DNA from: a virus
Lineage: Duplodnaviria; Heunggongvirae; Uroviricota; Caudoviricetes
IMG/VR virus record: IMGVR_UViG_2675903433_000022
Length of the DNA: 64,000 nucleotides
Reading direction: 5' to 3' (one strand)
The notes under the pieces were generated by a model. It searched no databases and was not told the origin of the DNA. It saw only the letters and a program-made list of their open reading frames with translations. Every line of letters begins with the position of its first letter. Within the stretch, counting starts at the first letter, position 1. This document shows, in pieces, positions 9,084 through 19,327 of this stretch. Both the position numbers and the translations under genes were made by a program.

Positions 9084-9138
9084 CCTGCTTCTGTATATAT
9101 AAATAATAAGTAACTTATTAAATATATACGGAAGCAGG
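9084..9138. repeat. 55-bp near-perfect palindrome, copy 1
   Basis: CCTGCTTCTGTATATATAAATAATAAGT | AACTTATTAAATATATACGGAAGCAGG; a second copy at 42132..42186 is its reverse complement. Confidence 0.8.
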
Positions 9139-9254
9139 CTTCGTAAGACATGCCAGACCTAATTAAACACCCCAGAAAACAAGTTGGTTAGCAGATGCAG
9201 TAAACAAGTTGTTTTAGAGCGCATGGACGCGCTCTGTGTGTTTTAGAGGGATCT

Positions 9255-9887
9255 ATGACGGTCGAAAAAGACGAGGTAAAAACTCGCCTGACACCAGCGG
9301 AGTGGGCCGAAGCTGAAGCCAAATGGACGTCAGGCGAATATACACTCTCAAAGCTGGAGGAAGAGTACGGCATTCGTCGTGAAACACTCTCCAGACATTT
9401 CAAAAAGCGAGGATTAGAGAAAGGCGCGGACTCTGTTGGGAAGATGGTTCGTGAGTCTCTTAAATCTGACGCAGAGCTTCGCGCTAAAGCCCGTGCGGAA
9501 AAGATAGAAGAACGTCGTACACGTTATGACGGCTGGGCGTATGCGTTGGGGCAGATGGTGATGGTCGAAGTCACTACGGCCAAACGTGAGGGTAAGCCTT
9601 TAGGGGCGATTGAGGATTCTCTCAAGAGCTTACAGAGAGCCAGTAATACCCTTGCAAAATGCTTTGAAGTTTCGTCCAAAGCATTGGGCATGGATCATGC
9701 GGAAAATGACGAGGAAGAAATTCCGAACCTGGTATTTGGTGAGCTTACGCCTTCCCAGGTGGCGAAATTACGTCAGGAAGACGACGAGCCTGAAATCATC
9801 GATGACGAATTGCTTGAGACGTTGGAAGAAGAAGCTCTAAGCGAATTTGATGCGACAGATGATGGAATTGAAGGGGAGGACGAATAA
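9255..9887 (+). CDS. putative terminase small subunit
   Basis: Immediately upstream of and overlapping the terminase large subunit; N-terminal HTH-like region, acidic C-terminus. Confidence 0.45.
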   Translation: MTVEKDEVKTRLTPAEWAEAEAKWTSGEYTLSKLEEEYGIRRETLSRHFKKRGLEKGADSVGKMVRESLKSDAELRAKARAEKIEERRTRYDGWAYALGQMVMVEVTTAKREGKPLGAIEDSLKSLQRASNTLAKCFEVSSKALGMDHAENDEEEIPNLVFGELTPSQVAKLRQEDDEPEIIDDELLETLEEEALSEFDATDDGIEGEDE

Positions 9888-11143
9888 TGGCAATCCCGTC
9901 CTCGCTCAGTCTTGTGCAACTGCATTCTGGACAGATGAAAGTCTTCCAGTCTCCGCATCGATTTAAAGTTGTTTGTGCTGGTCGACGCTGGGGAAAATCC
10001 CGGTTGTCGATCTCCACTATTATTCGTGCGGCGGCAAAGGAAAAAAAGCAAAGAGTCTGGTATGTCGCTCCTACTTACCAGATGGCTCGCCAGATTTTGT
10101 GGGACGATCTACAGGAAGTTCTGCCTCGTAAGTGGGTTAGGAAAAAGAACGACACCACGATGACAATCGTGTTGAAGAACGGTTCGGAGATCGCCCTCAA
10201 AGGTGCTGATAAGCCTGACACTCTGCGCGGCGTAGCGTTGCATTTTGTAGTGCTTGATGAATTTCAGGATATGAAGGCTGACACCTGGTACAAGGTGTTA
10301 CGACCTACTCTTTCATCGACACGCGGCGGTGCACTGATCATTGGTACGCCAAAAGGCTTCTCGGAATTTCACAAACTGTGGACTATAGGCCAGAACGTAG
10401 AGCTGCAAAGAAAGGGACAGTGGAAGAGCTGGCAGTTTGTAACTGCCGATTCTCCGTTTGTACCTACGGCGGAAATTGAAGCTGCTAAGAATGATATGGA
10501 CCCGAAATCGTTCGCTCAGGAGTACCTGGCGAGCTTTGAGAACATGTCCGGGCGCGTTTACTACCCGTTCGATCGTAACGTGCATGTAAAACCGCTTCAG
10601 TTCAACCCTCGGTTGCCTATATGGGTAGGGCAGGACTTCAACATTGACCCGATGTCTTCAGTAATTTTGCAACCTCAGCCAAATGGTGAGCTATGGGCAA
10701 TTGATGAATTGGTGCTCTTTTCCTCTAACACGGCAGAGGTTTGTGATGAGCTTGAGAGACGCTTCTGGCGCTGGAAATCACAGATAACGGTATTTCCAGA
10801 TCCGGCAGGTGCTTATCGCCAACATGCTCGCGGGGAGTCTGACGTCGACATATTCAAAGAGAAGGGATTCTTACGTGTCGATTATTCGAAAAAGCACCCG
10901 CCAATTGCGGATCGTGTTAATGCTGTTAACCGAATGCTGATGACCGCATCTGGAGATATCCGGTTGTATATCGATCCGAAGTGCAAGCATTTGATTGATT
11001 CACTGGAAAAAGTCATCTACAAGCCTGGAACACGAGATATGGATAAGACAGGTGGCATTGAGCATAGTGCAGACGCATTGGGCTATCCAGTACATCGTAG
11101 GTATCCAGTCAAAAACCGTGTTATTCTTGGTGGTTCTCGATAG
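9887..11143 (+). CDS. terminase large subunit
   Basis: Walker A AGRRWGKS near N-terminus; 418 aa; followed by portal-sized gene. Confidence 0.75.
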   Translation: MAIPSSLSLVQLHSGQMKVFQSPHRFKVVCAGRRWGKSRLSISTIIRAAAKEKKQRVWYVAPTYQMARQILWDDLQEVLPRKWVRKKNDTTMTIVLKNGSEIALKGADKPDTLRGVALHFVVLDEFQDMKADTWYKVLRPTLSSTRGGALIIGTPKGFSEFHKLWTIGQNVELQRKGQWKSWQFVTADSPFVPTAEIEAAKNDMDPKSFAQEYLASFENMSGRVYYPFDRNVHVKPLQFNPRLPIWVGQDFNIDPMSSVILQPQPNGELWAIDELVLFSSNTAEVCDELERRFWRWKSQITVFPDPAGAYRQHARGESDVDIFKEKGFLRVDYSKKHPPIADRVNAVNRMLMTASGDIRLYIDPKCKHLIDSLEKVIYKPGTRDMDKTGGIEHSADALGYPVHRRYPVKNRVILGGSR

Positions 11144-11156
11144 GTAAGTAATTATC
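11139..11156. promoter_or_regulatory. palindromic motif site GATAGGTAAGTAATTATC
   Basis: Upstream of portal gene start. Confidence 0.35.
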
Positions 11157-11169
11157 TAAGGTTATTCAA

Positions 11170-12744
11170 ATGGAATTGAACGACAAACAAATTAAGGATC
11201 TGGTGGCGCGACGCCACCCGGAATACGAAAAGAAAAAAGAACATTGGGACTTCCTCGCCAGCACTTACGCTGGCGGGCGTGGTTGGTTTACAGACAATAT
11301 CTTTCGTTACTTTAAAGAGGGAGATCAGGAGTTTAAGGAGCGAGTTGAGCGTGCTTATCGCTTCAACCACACTCGTGAGGTGGTAAACCTCATCAACAAA
11401 TATCTCTTTAAAGAAGACATTCATAGAAATATCGAAGAGGCACCAGAGCAGATCCGCAATTTCTGGAAACGTGCGACTCGCCAGAATGCCTCTATTGACT
11501 CATTTATGGCCGCTATTGATTTGCAGTCGTCTATTTACGGTCGCATATGGGTTGTTGTCGATAGCACGATGAGTGGTGATGTTGAGTCAGTAGCTGACGA
11601 GAAAAAGAAAGATGCTCGCGCCTACGCCTACTGGATTTCACCTCAGCAAATGCTGGATGTGGCATGGGACGACGACGGGAATATGTTGTGGGCGTTAATT
11701 GTGGAAGTCGCTCGTGATGACGCAGATCCTTTTACTTCTACAGGTCAGGAATACCAACGTTATCGTCTGTGGACACAAAACGAGTGGTATCTGTTCCGTG
11801 AGGAAGTGAAGAAGGGCGCTGGTGGAGCAGGTCGCCGTCAGGCAAAAGTTATTTTAGAGGATAGCGGTGAGCATAATCTCGGCGTAGTTCCTGTGTTTCC
11901 TGTTGATTGTATTGGAGAAAGTGAATCACCGTATTTCAGCCCATCGTTGATCGATGATATCGCTTATCTTGATCGTGCGGTTGCAAACTATCTGTCAAAC
12001 CTTGATGCCATTATTCAGGATCAGACATTTAGCCAGTTGGCTATACCGGTACAGTCGCTTTTACCTGGTGATGAAAACCACACTAAAGTGCTTGAAATGG
12101 GCACAAAGCGAGTCTTCACCTACGATTCTGAAGGTGGAAACCAGCCGTTTTATCTGTCACCAGACCCGAAACAAGCTCAGATGATCATCACTACGATTAA
12201 GACGGTGATTAACGAAATCTACCATTCAGTTGGTGTAGCTGGTGAGCGAACGAAGCAGGACAACGCACAGGGAATCGATAACTCATCTGGTGCCGCAAAA
12301 ATGTATGACTTCCAGCGTGTAAATAGCTTGCTTGTCACAAAAGCAGAGCGTCTGGAAAGGGCTGAACGCCAAATCATGCTACTGGTTGCGAAATGGATGG
12401 GGGTAGATCTGGACGAAGACCACTCTTTAATTGCGTATCCAGAAAGTTTCGATATTCGTGGCCTTACAGATGAATTTTCTGTTGCCGAGAAACTGTCATT
12501 ACTTCAGGCACCGGACTCTGTACGTCGTCACCAGATGGAAATGCTTATTGAGAAGATTTTCCCGAACATTACTGAGGCGATGAAAAAGGAATTTGATAAA
12601 GATCTCTTGAATTTTCCGCCAAAAAATGATCTAAATACCCTTGAAAATAAGTCAGTACTTACTTATGATCGTGGTACAGCCCAAGAAAGCGGGCAAGATC
12701 AACCCCGAGGGAATGGGGACTCATCTACTCAAGAGAACGAGTGA
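11170..12744 (+). CDS. putative portal protein (524 aa)
   Basis: Size and position directly after terminase large subunit. Confidence 0.6.
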   Translation: MELNDKQIKDLVARRHPEYEKKKEHWDFLASTYAGGRGWFTDNIFRYFKEGDQEFKERVERAYRFNHTREVVNLINKYLFKEDIHRNIEEAPEQIRNFWKRATRQNASIDSFMAAIDLQSSIYGRIWVVVDSTMSGDVESVADEKKKDARAYAYWISPQQMLDVAWDDDGNMLWALIVEVARDDADPFTSTGQEYQRYRLWTQNEWYLFREEVKKGAGGAGRRQAKVILEDSGEHNLGVVPVFPVDCIGESESPYFSPSLIDDIAYLDRAVANYLSNLDAIIQDQTFSQLAIPVQSLLPGDENHTKVLEMGTKRVFTYDSEGGNQPFYLSPDPKQAQMIITTIKTVINEIYHSVGVAGERTKQDNAQGIDNSSGAAKMYDFQRVNSLLVTKAERLERAERQIMLLVAKWMGVDLDEDHSLIAYPESFDIRGLTDEFSVAEKLSLLQAPDSVRRHQMEMLIEKIFPNITEAMKKEFDKDLLNFPPKNDLNTLENKSVLTYDRGTAQESGQDQPRGNGDSSTQENE

Positions 12745-12752
12745 TAAGTAAC
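12743..12752. promoter_or_regulatory. motif half-site GATAAGTAAC
   Basis: 14 bp upstream of scaffold gene start. Confidence 0.25.
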
Positions 12753-12765
12753 AAAGGGAATTTTT

Positions 12766-13653
12766 ATGAAACTGTGGCAAATGCTTTTGGCCCGTCGTGG
12801 TCTGATGGATGTTGCTGAAGCGCATGAGCGTGGGGGCGCTGGCGGTGTAGCTGCTGATAATGAGCAGAGTACACAAGATCCTGACAAGCAGGGTGAACAA
12901 AAAGAGCAGCCGAAGGGTGATGACGAATACGCTGGCATGACTCATGAAGAGTTACTGGTCGAACTTCGCAAAACCAAGAAAGCTGGTGCTGAACTGCTGA
13001 AAGAGAACATGAAGCGCAAAGAGAAAGAGCGCACATTGGCCGATCAGCTTGCTCAGTACGGTGATATCGACCCGGCGCGTGCTCGCCAGCTTTTAGAAGC
13101 TGAACAGGCCGCAGAAAACGCACGTCGTGAGGCGGAGCAAGCTGAACTGGAGCGTCGTGGTGAGTTCGATGCTGTTAAAAAACAGATGATCGAAGCACAC
13201 CAGGCAGAGCTGGCACAGCGTGACGAACGTTATGCAGCACTGGAAAGTGAAAACGCATCACTGAAATCTCAATTAGTCGAGATGACCGTGGGCGCTTCCT
13301 TCAGTAACTCTCTCTTCCTACGTGACAAAGTTCTGATGACTCCGGCAAAAGCCCGCGTGATCTACGGTTCTCATTTTGAAGTGGGTGAAGACGGTAGCGT
13401 AGTGGGTTATGACAAACCGGCAGGTCATAAAGAACGAGCTGTTCTGGTTGACGGTGAAGGTAAGCCGTTGCCGTTTGAATCCGCGATTGAACGCATTGTG
13501 CGGGCAGATCCGGAAGCTGACGCATTGATGCGTAGCGAAGCCAAGCAGGGTGTAGGCTCACATTCCAAATCGACCTACACAATATCCCAACCGAAGAACA
13601 AGTCGACTATGGATAAGTTGGCCTCCGGTCTGGGGAAAATTGGACTTAAGTAA
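12766..13653 (+). CDS. putative scaffolding protein
   Basis: Charged, predicted coiled-coil-rich 295-aa protein between portal and capsid genes. Confidence 0.5.
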   Translation: MKLWQMLLARRGLMDVAEAHERGGAGGVAADNEQSTQDPDKQGEQKEQPKGDDEYAGMTHEELLVELRKTKKAGAELLKENMKRKEKERTLADQLAQYGDIDPARARQLLEAEQAAENARREAEQAELERRGEFDAVKKQMIEAHQAELAQRDERYAALESENASLKSQLVEMTVGASFSNSLFLRDKVLMTPAKARVIYGSHFEVGEDGSVVGYDKPAGHKERAVLVDGEGKPLPFESAIERIVRADPEADALMRSEAKQGVGSHSKSTYTISQPKNKSTMDKLASGLGKIGLK

Positions 13654-13678
13654 CATCTAAATCAAAGGGAATTGATAG

Positions 13679-14554
13679 ATGCCATTACTGCGTGAAGAAG
13701 CTGAAAAGCTGTCTAACAACGAACTTGAACAGGGTGTGATCGAAACTATCATCGATCGCGATGACCTGTTTGCCATCCTGCCTTTTATGAAAATTAATTC
13801 AAAGGCATATCTGTACAACCGTGAAAAAACGCTGAGTGAAGCTACCTTCATCGACGTTAACGACACCATCCCGGAAGGTGCAGCAACCTTCGAAGAATGC
13901 GTTGCGAAACTGCGTATTCTGGCTGGTGACGTAGACGTTGATAAATTCCTGGCAACCACTATGGCCGACACCAATAACCAGTTGGCTATTCAGGTTCGTC
14001 AGAAAGTTAAAGGTCTGGCTCGTGCGTTCCGTCGCAATCTGATTTTGGGTGACTCCAGCACCAACAACAAAGCGTTTGACGGCATTCCACGCCTGATGCA
14101 CGCAGATCAGAAGATCGATATCGCCGGTGCATCTATGACTTTCTCTATGTTCGACGAACTGGTCGATGCGGTGAAAGATCTTGGTGCTGACTGCATCATG
14201 ATGCGTTCAGAGCACCTTCGTGCTTACCGTGCGCTGCTGCGTACAGTAAACGTAGGTCCGTCTGAAATCATGATGGAGAACTTCGGTCGTCCGATGCTGT
14301 GTCATAACGGCGTTCCGTTCATCATCAACGACTTCATCCCGACCGATGCTGGCAAAGCAAGCATCTACTGCCTGCATCTGTCAGAAGAGAACGGCGTTAC
14401 TGGTCTGTATGGCGGCGACAACGCAGGTATCGTTGTTGAAAACATTGGTACTGTACAGAACAAAGACGCAGTACGTACCCGTGTGAAGTGGTACTGCTCT
14501 CTGGCGAATAAGCACGATAAGGCTATCGCTGCACTGACCAATGTAAAAATTTAA
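13679..14554 (+). CDS. putative major capsid protein (291 aa)
   Basis: Position after scaffold; followed by strong terminator 14587..14615. Confidence 0.6.
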   Translation: MPLLREEAEKLSNNELEQGVIETIIDRDDLFAILPFMKINSKAYLYNREKTLSEATFIDVNDTIPEGAATFEECVAKLRILAGDVDVDKFLATTMADTNNQLAIQVRQKVKGLARAFRRNLILGDSSTNNKAFDGIPRLMHADQKIDIAGASMTFSMFDELVDAVKDLGADCIMMRSEHLRAYRALLRTVNVGPSEIMMENFGRPMLCHNGVPFIINDFIPTDAGKASIYCLHLSEENGVTGLYGGDNAGIVVENIGTVQNKDAVRTRVKWYCSLANKHDKAIAALTNVKI

Positions 14555-14564
14555 TCAGTGTAGT

Positions 14565-14580
14565 AGATAGGTAGTTATCT
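14565..14580. promoter_or_regulatory. palindromic motif site AGATAGGTAGTTATCT
   Basis: Between capsid gene and decoration gene. Confidence 0.3.
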
Positions 14581-14586
14581 ATGTTA

Positions 14587-14615
14587 AAGGGTGGGCTATA
14601 CGCCCACCCTTTTTG
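14587..14615 (+). terminator. rho-independent terminator
   Basis: AAGGGTGGGC-tata-CGCCCACCCTT hairpin followed by TTTTTG. Confidence 0.7.
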
Positions 14616-14627
14616 TAGGAGCGAGAA

Positions 14628-15548
14628 ATGCCAGAACAAAAGATGAAGATTACGGAAGAGGCATTTTCGGATTTTACGGGGCATATGTGCCGTGCCGGAT
14701 TTACCAATTCTATCTCCGATGAACCTTTAACCGAGCGGCAACAAAGTCAGCTATCTGCTTGTTTGCAGGCGGTTCCCCTCTCCCAATCCGTAAACATAAC
14801 CCCGGCTTCACCGTCAGTTTTGGTTGGGAAAACTGTTCAACTTAGTGCAGGTATTAGTATGGGTAAGAGTGCCAGTTCATTCACCTGGAAGTCAGCCAAT
14901 GACCAAATTGCAACCGTTAACGGCACTGGATTAGTAACTGGCGTAGCACCAGGCAAAGTAAAAATTACTGCAACTGATCAGGAAACCCAGCTTTCCGCTT
15001 CAGTGGAAGTCACCGTAAATCCGGTAGCCGTTCAATCCGTAACGGTAACGCCAGAATCAACGTCTGTTGAGAAAGGGAAATCAGTCAGTCTGAAAGCGAA
15101 TGTTCAGCCGTCAAATGCGACGAATAAGGCTGTTACCTGGTCTTCCAAAAATGAAGATAAGGCAACGGTAGACCAGAGCGGGAACGTAACTGGTGTAGAA
15201 GTTGGCACTGCGACGATTGAGATCGTTTCCCAAGATGGTAGCAAAAAGGCAACTGCAACGGTGGAAGTAACTGCGCCTGTTGTGGCTGTTACCGGCGTCG
15301 AAATCGACCCAAATAGCACAACCGTTGAGGCAAACAAAACTGTTCAGCTGACCGCAAATGTCGAGCCGGCAGGAGCCACAAATAAAACCGTTACTTGGGA
15401 ATCCAAAAATACCGAGTTTGCAACGGTTGACAGCGAAACCGGTGTTGTAACTGGTGTTGCGGCTGGTACTGCCACAATCGAGGTTACTACCCAAGATGGT
15501 AGCCACAAAGCGACAGCAACTGTAGAAGTTACTGCCGCACAGGAATAA
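14628..15548 (+). CDS. Ig-like (Big_2-type) repeat protein, probable capsid decoration protein
   Basis: Three repeated segments of the form V..V.V.P....V..G..V.L.A; same repeat type as C-terminus of the major tail protein. Confidence 0.6.
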   Translation: MPEQKMKITEEAFSDFTGHMCRAGFTNSISDEPLTERQQSQLSACLQAVPLSQSVNITPASPSVLVGKTVQLSAGISMGKSASSFTWKSANDQIATVNGTGLVTGVAPGKVKITATDQETQLSASVEVTVNPVAVQSVTVTPESTSVEKGKSVSLKANVQPSNATNKAVTWSSKNEDKATVDQSGNVTGVEVGTATIEIVSQDGSKKATATVEVTAPVVAVTGVEIDPNSTTVEANKTVQLTANVEPAGATNKTVTWESKNTEFATVDSETGVVTGVAAGTATIEVTTQDGSHKATATVEVTAAQE

Positions 15549-15592
15549 CCGATATTGGGCGGCGAAAGCCGCCCAAGTGGAGAGAAAGCGTT

Positions 15593-16027
15593 ATGAAACC
15601 AGCAAAAATTGTTTTATTAGAACCGCAATTTTCCGGTTATTCGGGAATGCTGTGTGGCGTTCAGTTCGAGAACGGGGTATCCGTAGCAGAGTTGCCTTTT
15701 ATCGACCAGCAGAGGATTTGTGCTTCAATGCGAGCGTCAACAGTAGAGGGCAAAAATGTTTCTCCGTCTGCCGCATACAGTGATCGTGGTGAATTGACAG
15801 CAGACCTGATTACCGAGCCAGCAGCGCCTGACATTGTGCCAATGAAACGTGGGACACCAGATGAACCGGCCAAACAGATCCAGACTTTCACACGAGAAGA
15901 GCTGGAGTCAATTGCAGACAACGAAGGTATTGCCGGTCTACGAGTTATTGGTAATCAGGTTGGTGTCAAAGCGAAAGGAATTGTCGAAATGATTGAAGGC
16001 ATCCTGAAAGCACAAGGCGGTGAGTAA
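15593..16027 (+). CDS. hypothetical head-associated protein
   Basis: ORF track; positional. Confidence 0.4.
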   Translation: MKPAKIVLLEPQFSGYSGMLCGVQFENGVSVAELPFIDQQRICASMRASTVEGKNVSPSAAYSDRGELTADLITEPAAPDIVPMKRGTPDEPAKQIQTFTREELESIADNEGIAGLRVIGNQVGVKAKGIVEMIEGILKAQGGE

Positions 16028-16860
16028 TGGCGCAGATCGACTCGTATCGTAGCGGTGAAGCTGTTTCTCTTTCATTTGCCTTCAACGTGCTGGATATCGA
16101 ATCTGCCACCTACACAGTAAAGGACAGCACCGGGGCTATTCTCGTTGATGGCGAGCCGCTAGAAATTACCAGCGGTCAAATGTCGATTCCGGTTGTCGTG
16201 TCGGCTGAATATAACCAGCTCTCTGAGAAAGAGCGAGATCTGCGGTACGTCATTGTGAAGGCTGTTGCATCGGGCCTGACGCATGAAGAGCGTCAAATGT
16301 ATGTTCTGCTGAATAGTTTTGAACTGTCGATACCAGAACAGTCGTTTGCAACTGTCGCTGATGCTCAAATGCAGGCGATCGATATGCTGAATGGGGACAC
16401 TTTGCTGTCGGATGGTGAAGGCTTAATGCGCAAGCGTCTCATTGAGGCTACCAGACGAATTAAAACTTTACCGTTCTCAATCCGCAAAATTCTACGTATC
16501 GACTTTGACCGATACGATCGCCCTCAAAATATGCTGAATGTGTATGACATTCCGTGGGGAGCAGATGGAGCGTACCGGCATGATTTAGTCGATTGGGAAA
16601 AGATGACGCAGGAGAAGTTTGAAGAGTTCCCTGACTACTTCAAAGAAGCGTTGATGCTTGCCGTTGTCAACGAAGCGTGTGAGATCGCAAATGGCAATGA
16701 TGTTGCCGCAGCACGAGAAGATGGCATTTTGTCAGAGTCCATCGGTGAAACAACCAACATGTACCGTACCGGCAAAGCTGCAAACGTGCATGTGGCTCGC
16801 AGTACCTGGCGCTTGCTGGTCAGTTACATCAACAACCGTATGATTGTTCGCCGTGCGTAA
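16027..16860 (+). CDS. hypothetical head-tail joining region protein
   Basis: ORF track; start overlaps previous stop. Confidence 0.4.
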   Translation: MAQIDSYRSGEAVSLSFAFNVLDIESATYTVKDSTGAILVDGEPLEITSGQMSIPVVVSAEYNQLSEKERDLRYVIVKAVASGLTHEERQMYVLLNSFELSIPEQSFATVADAQMQAIDMLNGDTLLSDGEGLMRKRLIEATRRIKTLPFSIRKILRIDFDRYDRPQNMLNVYDIPWGADGAYRHDLVDWEKMTQEKFEEFPDYFKEALMLAVVNEACEIANGNDVAAAREDGILSESIGETTNMYRTGKAANVHVARSTWRLLVSYINNRMIVRRA

Positions 16861-16939
16861 CGCCAGTCGCATTATTTACTTTTGGTCGAAAGGTTTTTTG
16901 GCCAGTAATGAGAGCGACCGACAACAACAGGGAGAGAGC

Positions 16940-17284
16940 ATGAATATTTCATGGCAAACAGAAATTGCGATCTACCGCTTTGGCGCAAAGAACGTTTACG
17001 GTGAGGCGCAATTACAATTCGTCAGGAAGACGAATGTCGGCGTGGTTAAGTTCGAACAGAGTAATGAGAAATCGTCAGTTCGTGCTGATAGCTCTGGTAG
17101 TCGTGGTAAGGCGAGTCTGGAGCTGTTTGATGCTGTGTTAGTTGTCCCTTTAGAAGCGGCTGTACAACTTGATGATGTGCTGATCCTTGAAGGTCAAAAA
17201 TTAAAGGTGTCCAGTGTTCATCGTCGCTGGGGGCTACGAGGAAGACCAGGGCATCTTGAAGTGGGGGCGAATATATGGGTCTGA
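16940..17284 (+). CDS. hypothetical head-tail connector protein
   Basis: ORF 16844..17284 trimmed to Met (MNISWQTE) preceded by GGGAGAG RBS. Confidence 0.4.
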   Translation: MNISWQTEIAIYRFGAKNVYGEAQLQFVRKTNVGVVKFEQSNEKSSVRADSSGSRGKASLELFDAVLVVPLEAAVQLDDVLILEGQKLKVSSVHRRWGLRGRPGHLEVGANIWV

Positions 17285-17748
17285 AATACGATGCGCATCA
17301 GTTCAAACGTGCGGGGAATAGACTCAACAACAGCCAGAAAGCATTTAAGCGATATCTTATTCGGGACATGGAAAAGCTGGCGCGCTTGGTTGAGCGTCTT
17401 AGCCGTGCAATGGCCCCGCTGGAAACCGGATCTCTGGAGACAGCCATCTTTGCCAGGGTGATTAAAGAAGGTTATTCAGGGCTGCGCATTGAGCTTTCTG
17501 TGTCTGGAGCAAAACCACGTCAGGGGCATCCGGGTGTAGAAGTAGGTGACTATGCTAAGTACATGGAGCTGGGTAAATACCGACTCGGTTATCTTTCTCG
17601 AATGAAGAACGTGACAAACCCACCAATTGCCGGTGTTAAACCCCGTGTTGGGCCACACTTTCTGGAAAGAGCGGTGGAAATTAGCGAGAAGCAGTTCTCA
17701 GAAGCGATTCTTGAGGCTGCCAGAAAAGCCGGTTTTACGAGAGGTTAA
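17275..17748 (+). CDS. hypothetical head-tail connector protein
   Basis: ORF track; overlaps previous stop. Confidence 0.4.
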   Translation: MGLKYDAHQFKRAGNRLNNSQKAFKRYLIRDMEKLARLVERLSRAMAPLETGSLETAIFARVIKEGYSGLRIELSVSGAKPRQGHPGVEVGDYAKYMELGKYRLGYLSRMKNVTNPPIAGVKPRVGPHFLERAVEISEKQFSEAILEAARKAGFTRG

Positions 17749-17749
17749 T

Positions 17750-18133
17750 GTGTTTATCGAAGCGTTTGCAAGTTTGATGCAGAAGGCAAAGATTGGCACG
17801 GTCGGGGCTGACATTTTCTGTCACTACTTGCCTGCCAATGTGAAATCTGGCGTCCTGCTTATTAACCCAAATACCGGTATCAGCATCGATCATGAGCTAC
17901 AGGGCTTTTACCACGAATCATTCACAATAATTGTACGTGGTTCGTCAATCACTACGACGGTTGAGAAAGCCAATAAAATCATTGAGATGTTTCCAGTAGA
18001 GGAAACGGAATCTGGTGGTGTTTATTTTCGACTGGTACGACCGATGGCGATGCCAATCATTTATCCCAAAAATGATGGAGCATTAATAGAAGCAGGCATT
18101 CCTGTTGAATTTGCTGGCTATTTATTGAATTAA
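17750..18133 (+). CDS. hypothetical tail completion-like protein
   Basis: In-frame GTG with GAGAGG RBS immediately after previous stop; ORF-track start at 17627 overlaps the previous gene. Confidence 0.35.
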   Translation: MFIEAFASLMQKAKIGTVGADIFCHYLPANVKSGVLLINPNTGISIDHELQGFYHESFTIIVRGSSITTTVEKANKIIEMFPVEETESGGVYFRLVRPMAMPIIYPKNDGALIEAGIPVEFAGYLLN

Positions 18134-18141
18134 CTCAATTA

Positions 18142-18157
18142 GTAAGTATATACTTAC
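18142..18157. promoter_or_regulatory. perfect 16-bp palindrome GTAAGTATATACTTAC
   Basis: Upstream of major tail protein gene. Confidence 0.4.
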
Positions 18158-18207
18158 CATTAGCGCAATGAATGCGTAGAATTAACGGAAAAAGGAGTTT
18201 TCCATCA

Positions 18208-18954
18208 ATGTCTAATACCCATGTAAAAAACATCAAACTTGGTGCCTGTAAGGTGTCGTTTGGTGGTGTGGATTTGGGTTACACCAAAGGTGGTGTTCAG
18301 GTTGAAGTAGCCACTGAAACGCTGAAAGTCACCGTCGATCAGTTGGGGCAGACCGTAATTTCCGAATTAGTTCAGGGGCGCAACATTACCATCACCGCGC
18401 CTCTGGCTGAGTCTGTACTCCAAAACATGGTTGACCTGATGCCTGGTTCTACTCTGAGCGAAGATGACAACTCTGTCACGATCACATCTGCACAGGGCGT
18501 TAACCTGATTGATGTGGCGAAGGAGCTGGTTCTGACTCCGCAGGACACCACCGACTATGTGTTGACCATCCCGAAAGCGGCAACCGCGGGCAACTTCACT
18601 ATGACCTACCAGTCTGATGATGTTCGTGTGTTCTCTGTTCAGTTCAGCGCATACCCGGATGATGAAGGCGTTCTGGGCAAAATGAGCGGTCCTAAACCGG
18701 TAAAAACTGTGTCGATCTCACCGGAATCTCCAACCGTAAAAGCTGGAGAAACTGTGCAACTGACAGCCGAAATCACTCCAGCTGATGCCGCAGACAAAAC
18801 CGGTGTTTGGGAATCCGAAGACCAGGAAAAGGCCACGGTAGATCAAACGGGTCTTGTGCGCGGTGTGGCGCAGGGTACTGCAAACATCTCCTTCACCAGC
18901 AATAGCGGTTCTAAGAAGGCAACTAAGTCAGTAACGATTAACCCCGCAGATTAA
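18208..18954 (+). CDS. major tail protein (lambda gpV-like, C-terminal Ig-like domain)
   Basis: Start at MSNTHVK after AAAAGGAG; C-terminal Big_2-like repeat; followed by terminator and G/T chaperone genes. Confidence 0.7.
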   Translation: MSNTHVKNIKLGACKVSFGGVDLGYTKGGVQVEVATETLKVTVDQLGQTVISELVQGRNITITAPLAESVLQNMVDLMPGSTLSEDDNSVTITSAQGVNLIDVAKELVLTPQDTTDYVLTIPKAATAGNFTMTYQSDDVRVFSVQFSAYPDDEGVLGKMSGPKPVKTVSISPESPTVKAGETVQLTAEITPADAADKTGVWESEDQEKATVDQTGLVRGVAQGTANISFTSNSGSKKATKSVTINPAD

Positions 18955-18965
18955 TCAGTAATTAA

Positions 18966-18995
18966 GCAGAGGCTCAGGATGGGCCTCTCTTTTAA
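18966..18995 (+). terminator. rho-independent terminator
   Basis: AGAGGC-tcaggatg-GCCTCT hairpin followed by CTTTTAAAA. Confidence 0.55.
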
Positions 18996-19009
18996 AAGGA
19001 TTTTAACCA

Positions 19010-19327
19010 ATGACCAAATTACTCGATCTAGATTCCATTCTGCCTCCGAAGAAAAGCATCAAATTTGGCGGTCAGGAATATCCCATCGTTGAAATGACGG
19101 TAGGTCTGTTCGTTTCCATCAAGCAGATGGAAGGAAAAGATCTCATGAACATGTCTCCTGTTGAGCAAGTGACAGCTTATGCAGATCTGGTTCGTAAGGT
19201 TATCCCTTCAGTGCCTGATGAAGTTCTTGAAAAACTGACTGTTCCGCAACTCCAGCAGATCTTCACCTTCGCTATGGAAGTGATTGATGAAGAAAACGAA
19301 AAAGCGGCTGGCGAAGGGGCAAAGTAA
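19010..19327 (+). CDS. tail assembly chaperone (gpG-like)
   Basis: 105-aa acidic protein between major tail and tape measure genes. Confidence 0.5.
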   Translation: MTKLLDLDSILPPKKSIKFGGQEYPIVEMTVGLFVSIKQMEGKDLMNMSPVEQVTAYADLVRKVIPSVPDEVLEKLTVPQLQQIFTFAMEVIDEENEKAAGEGAK

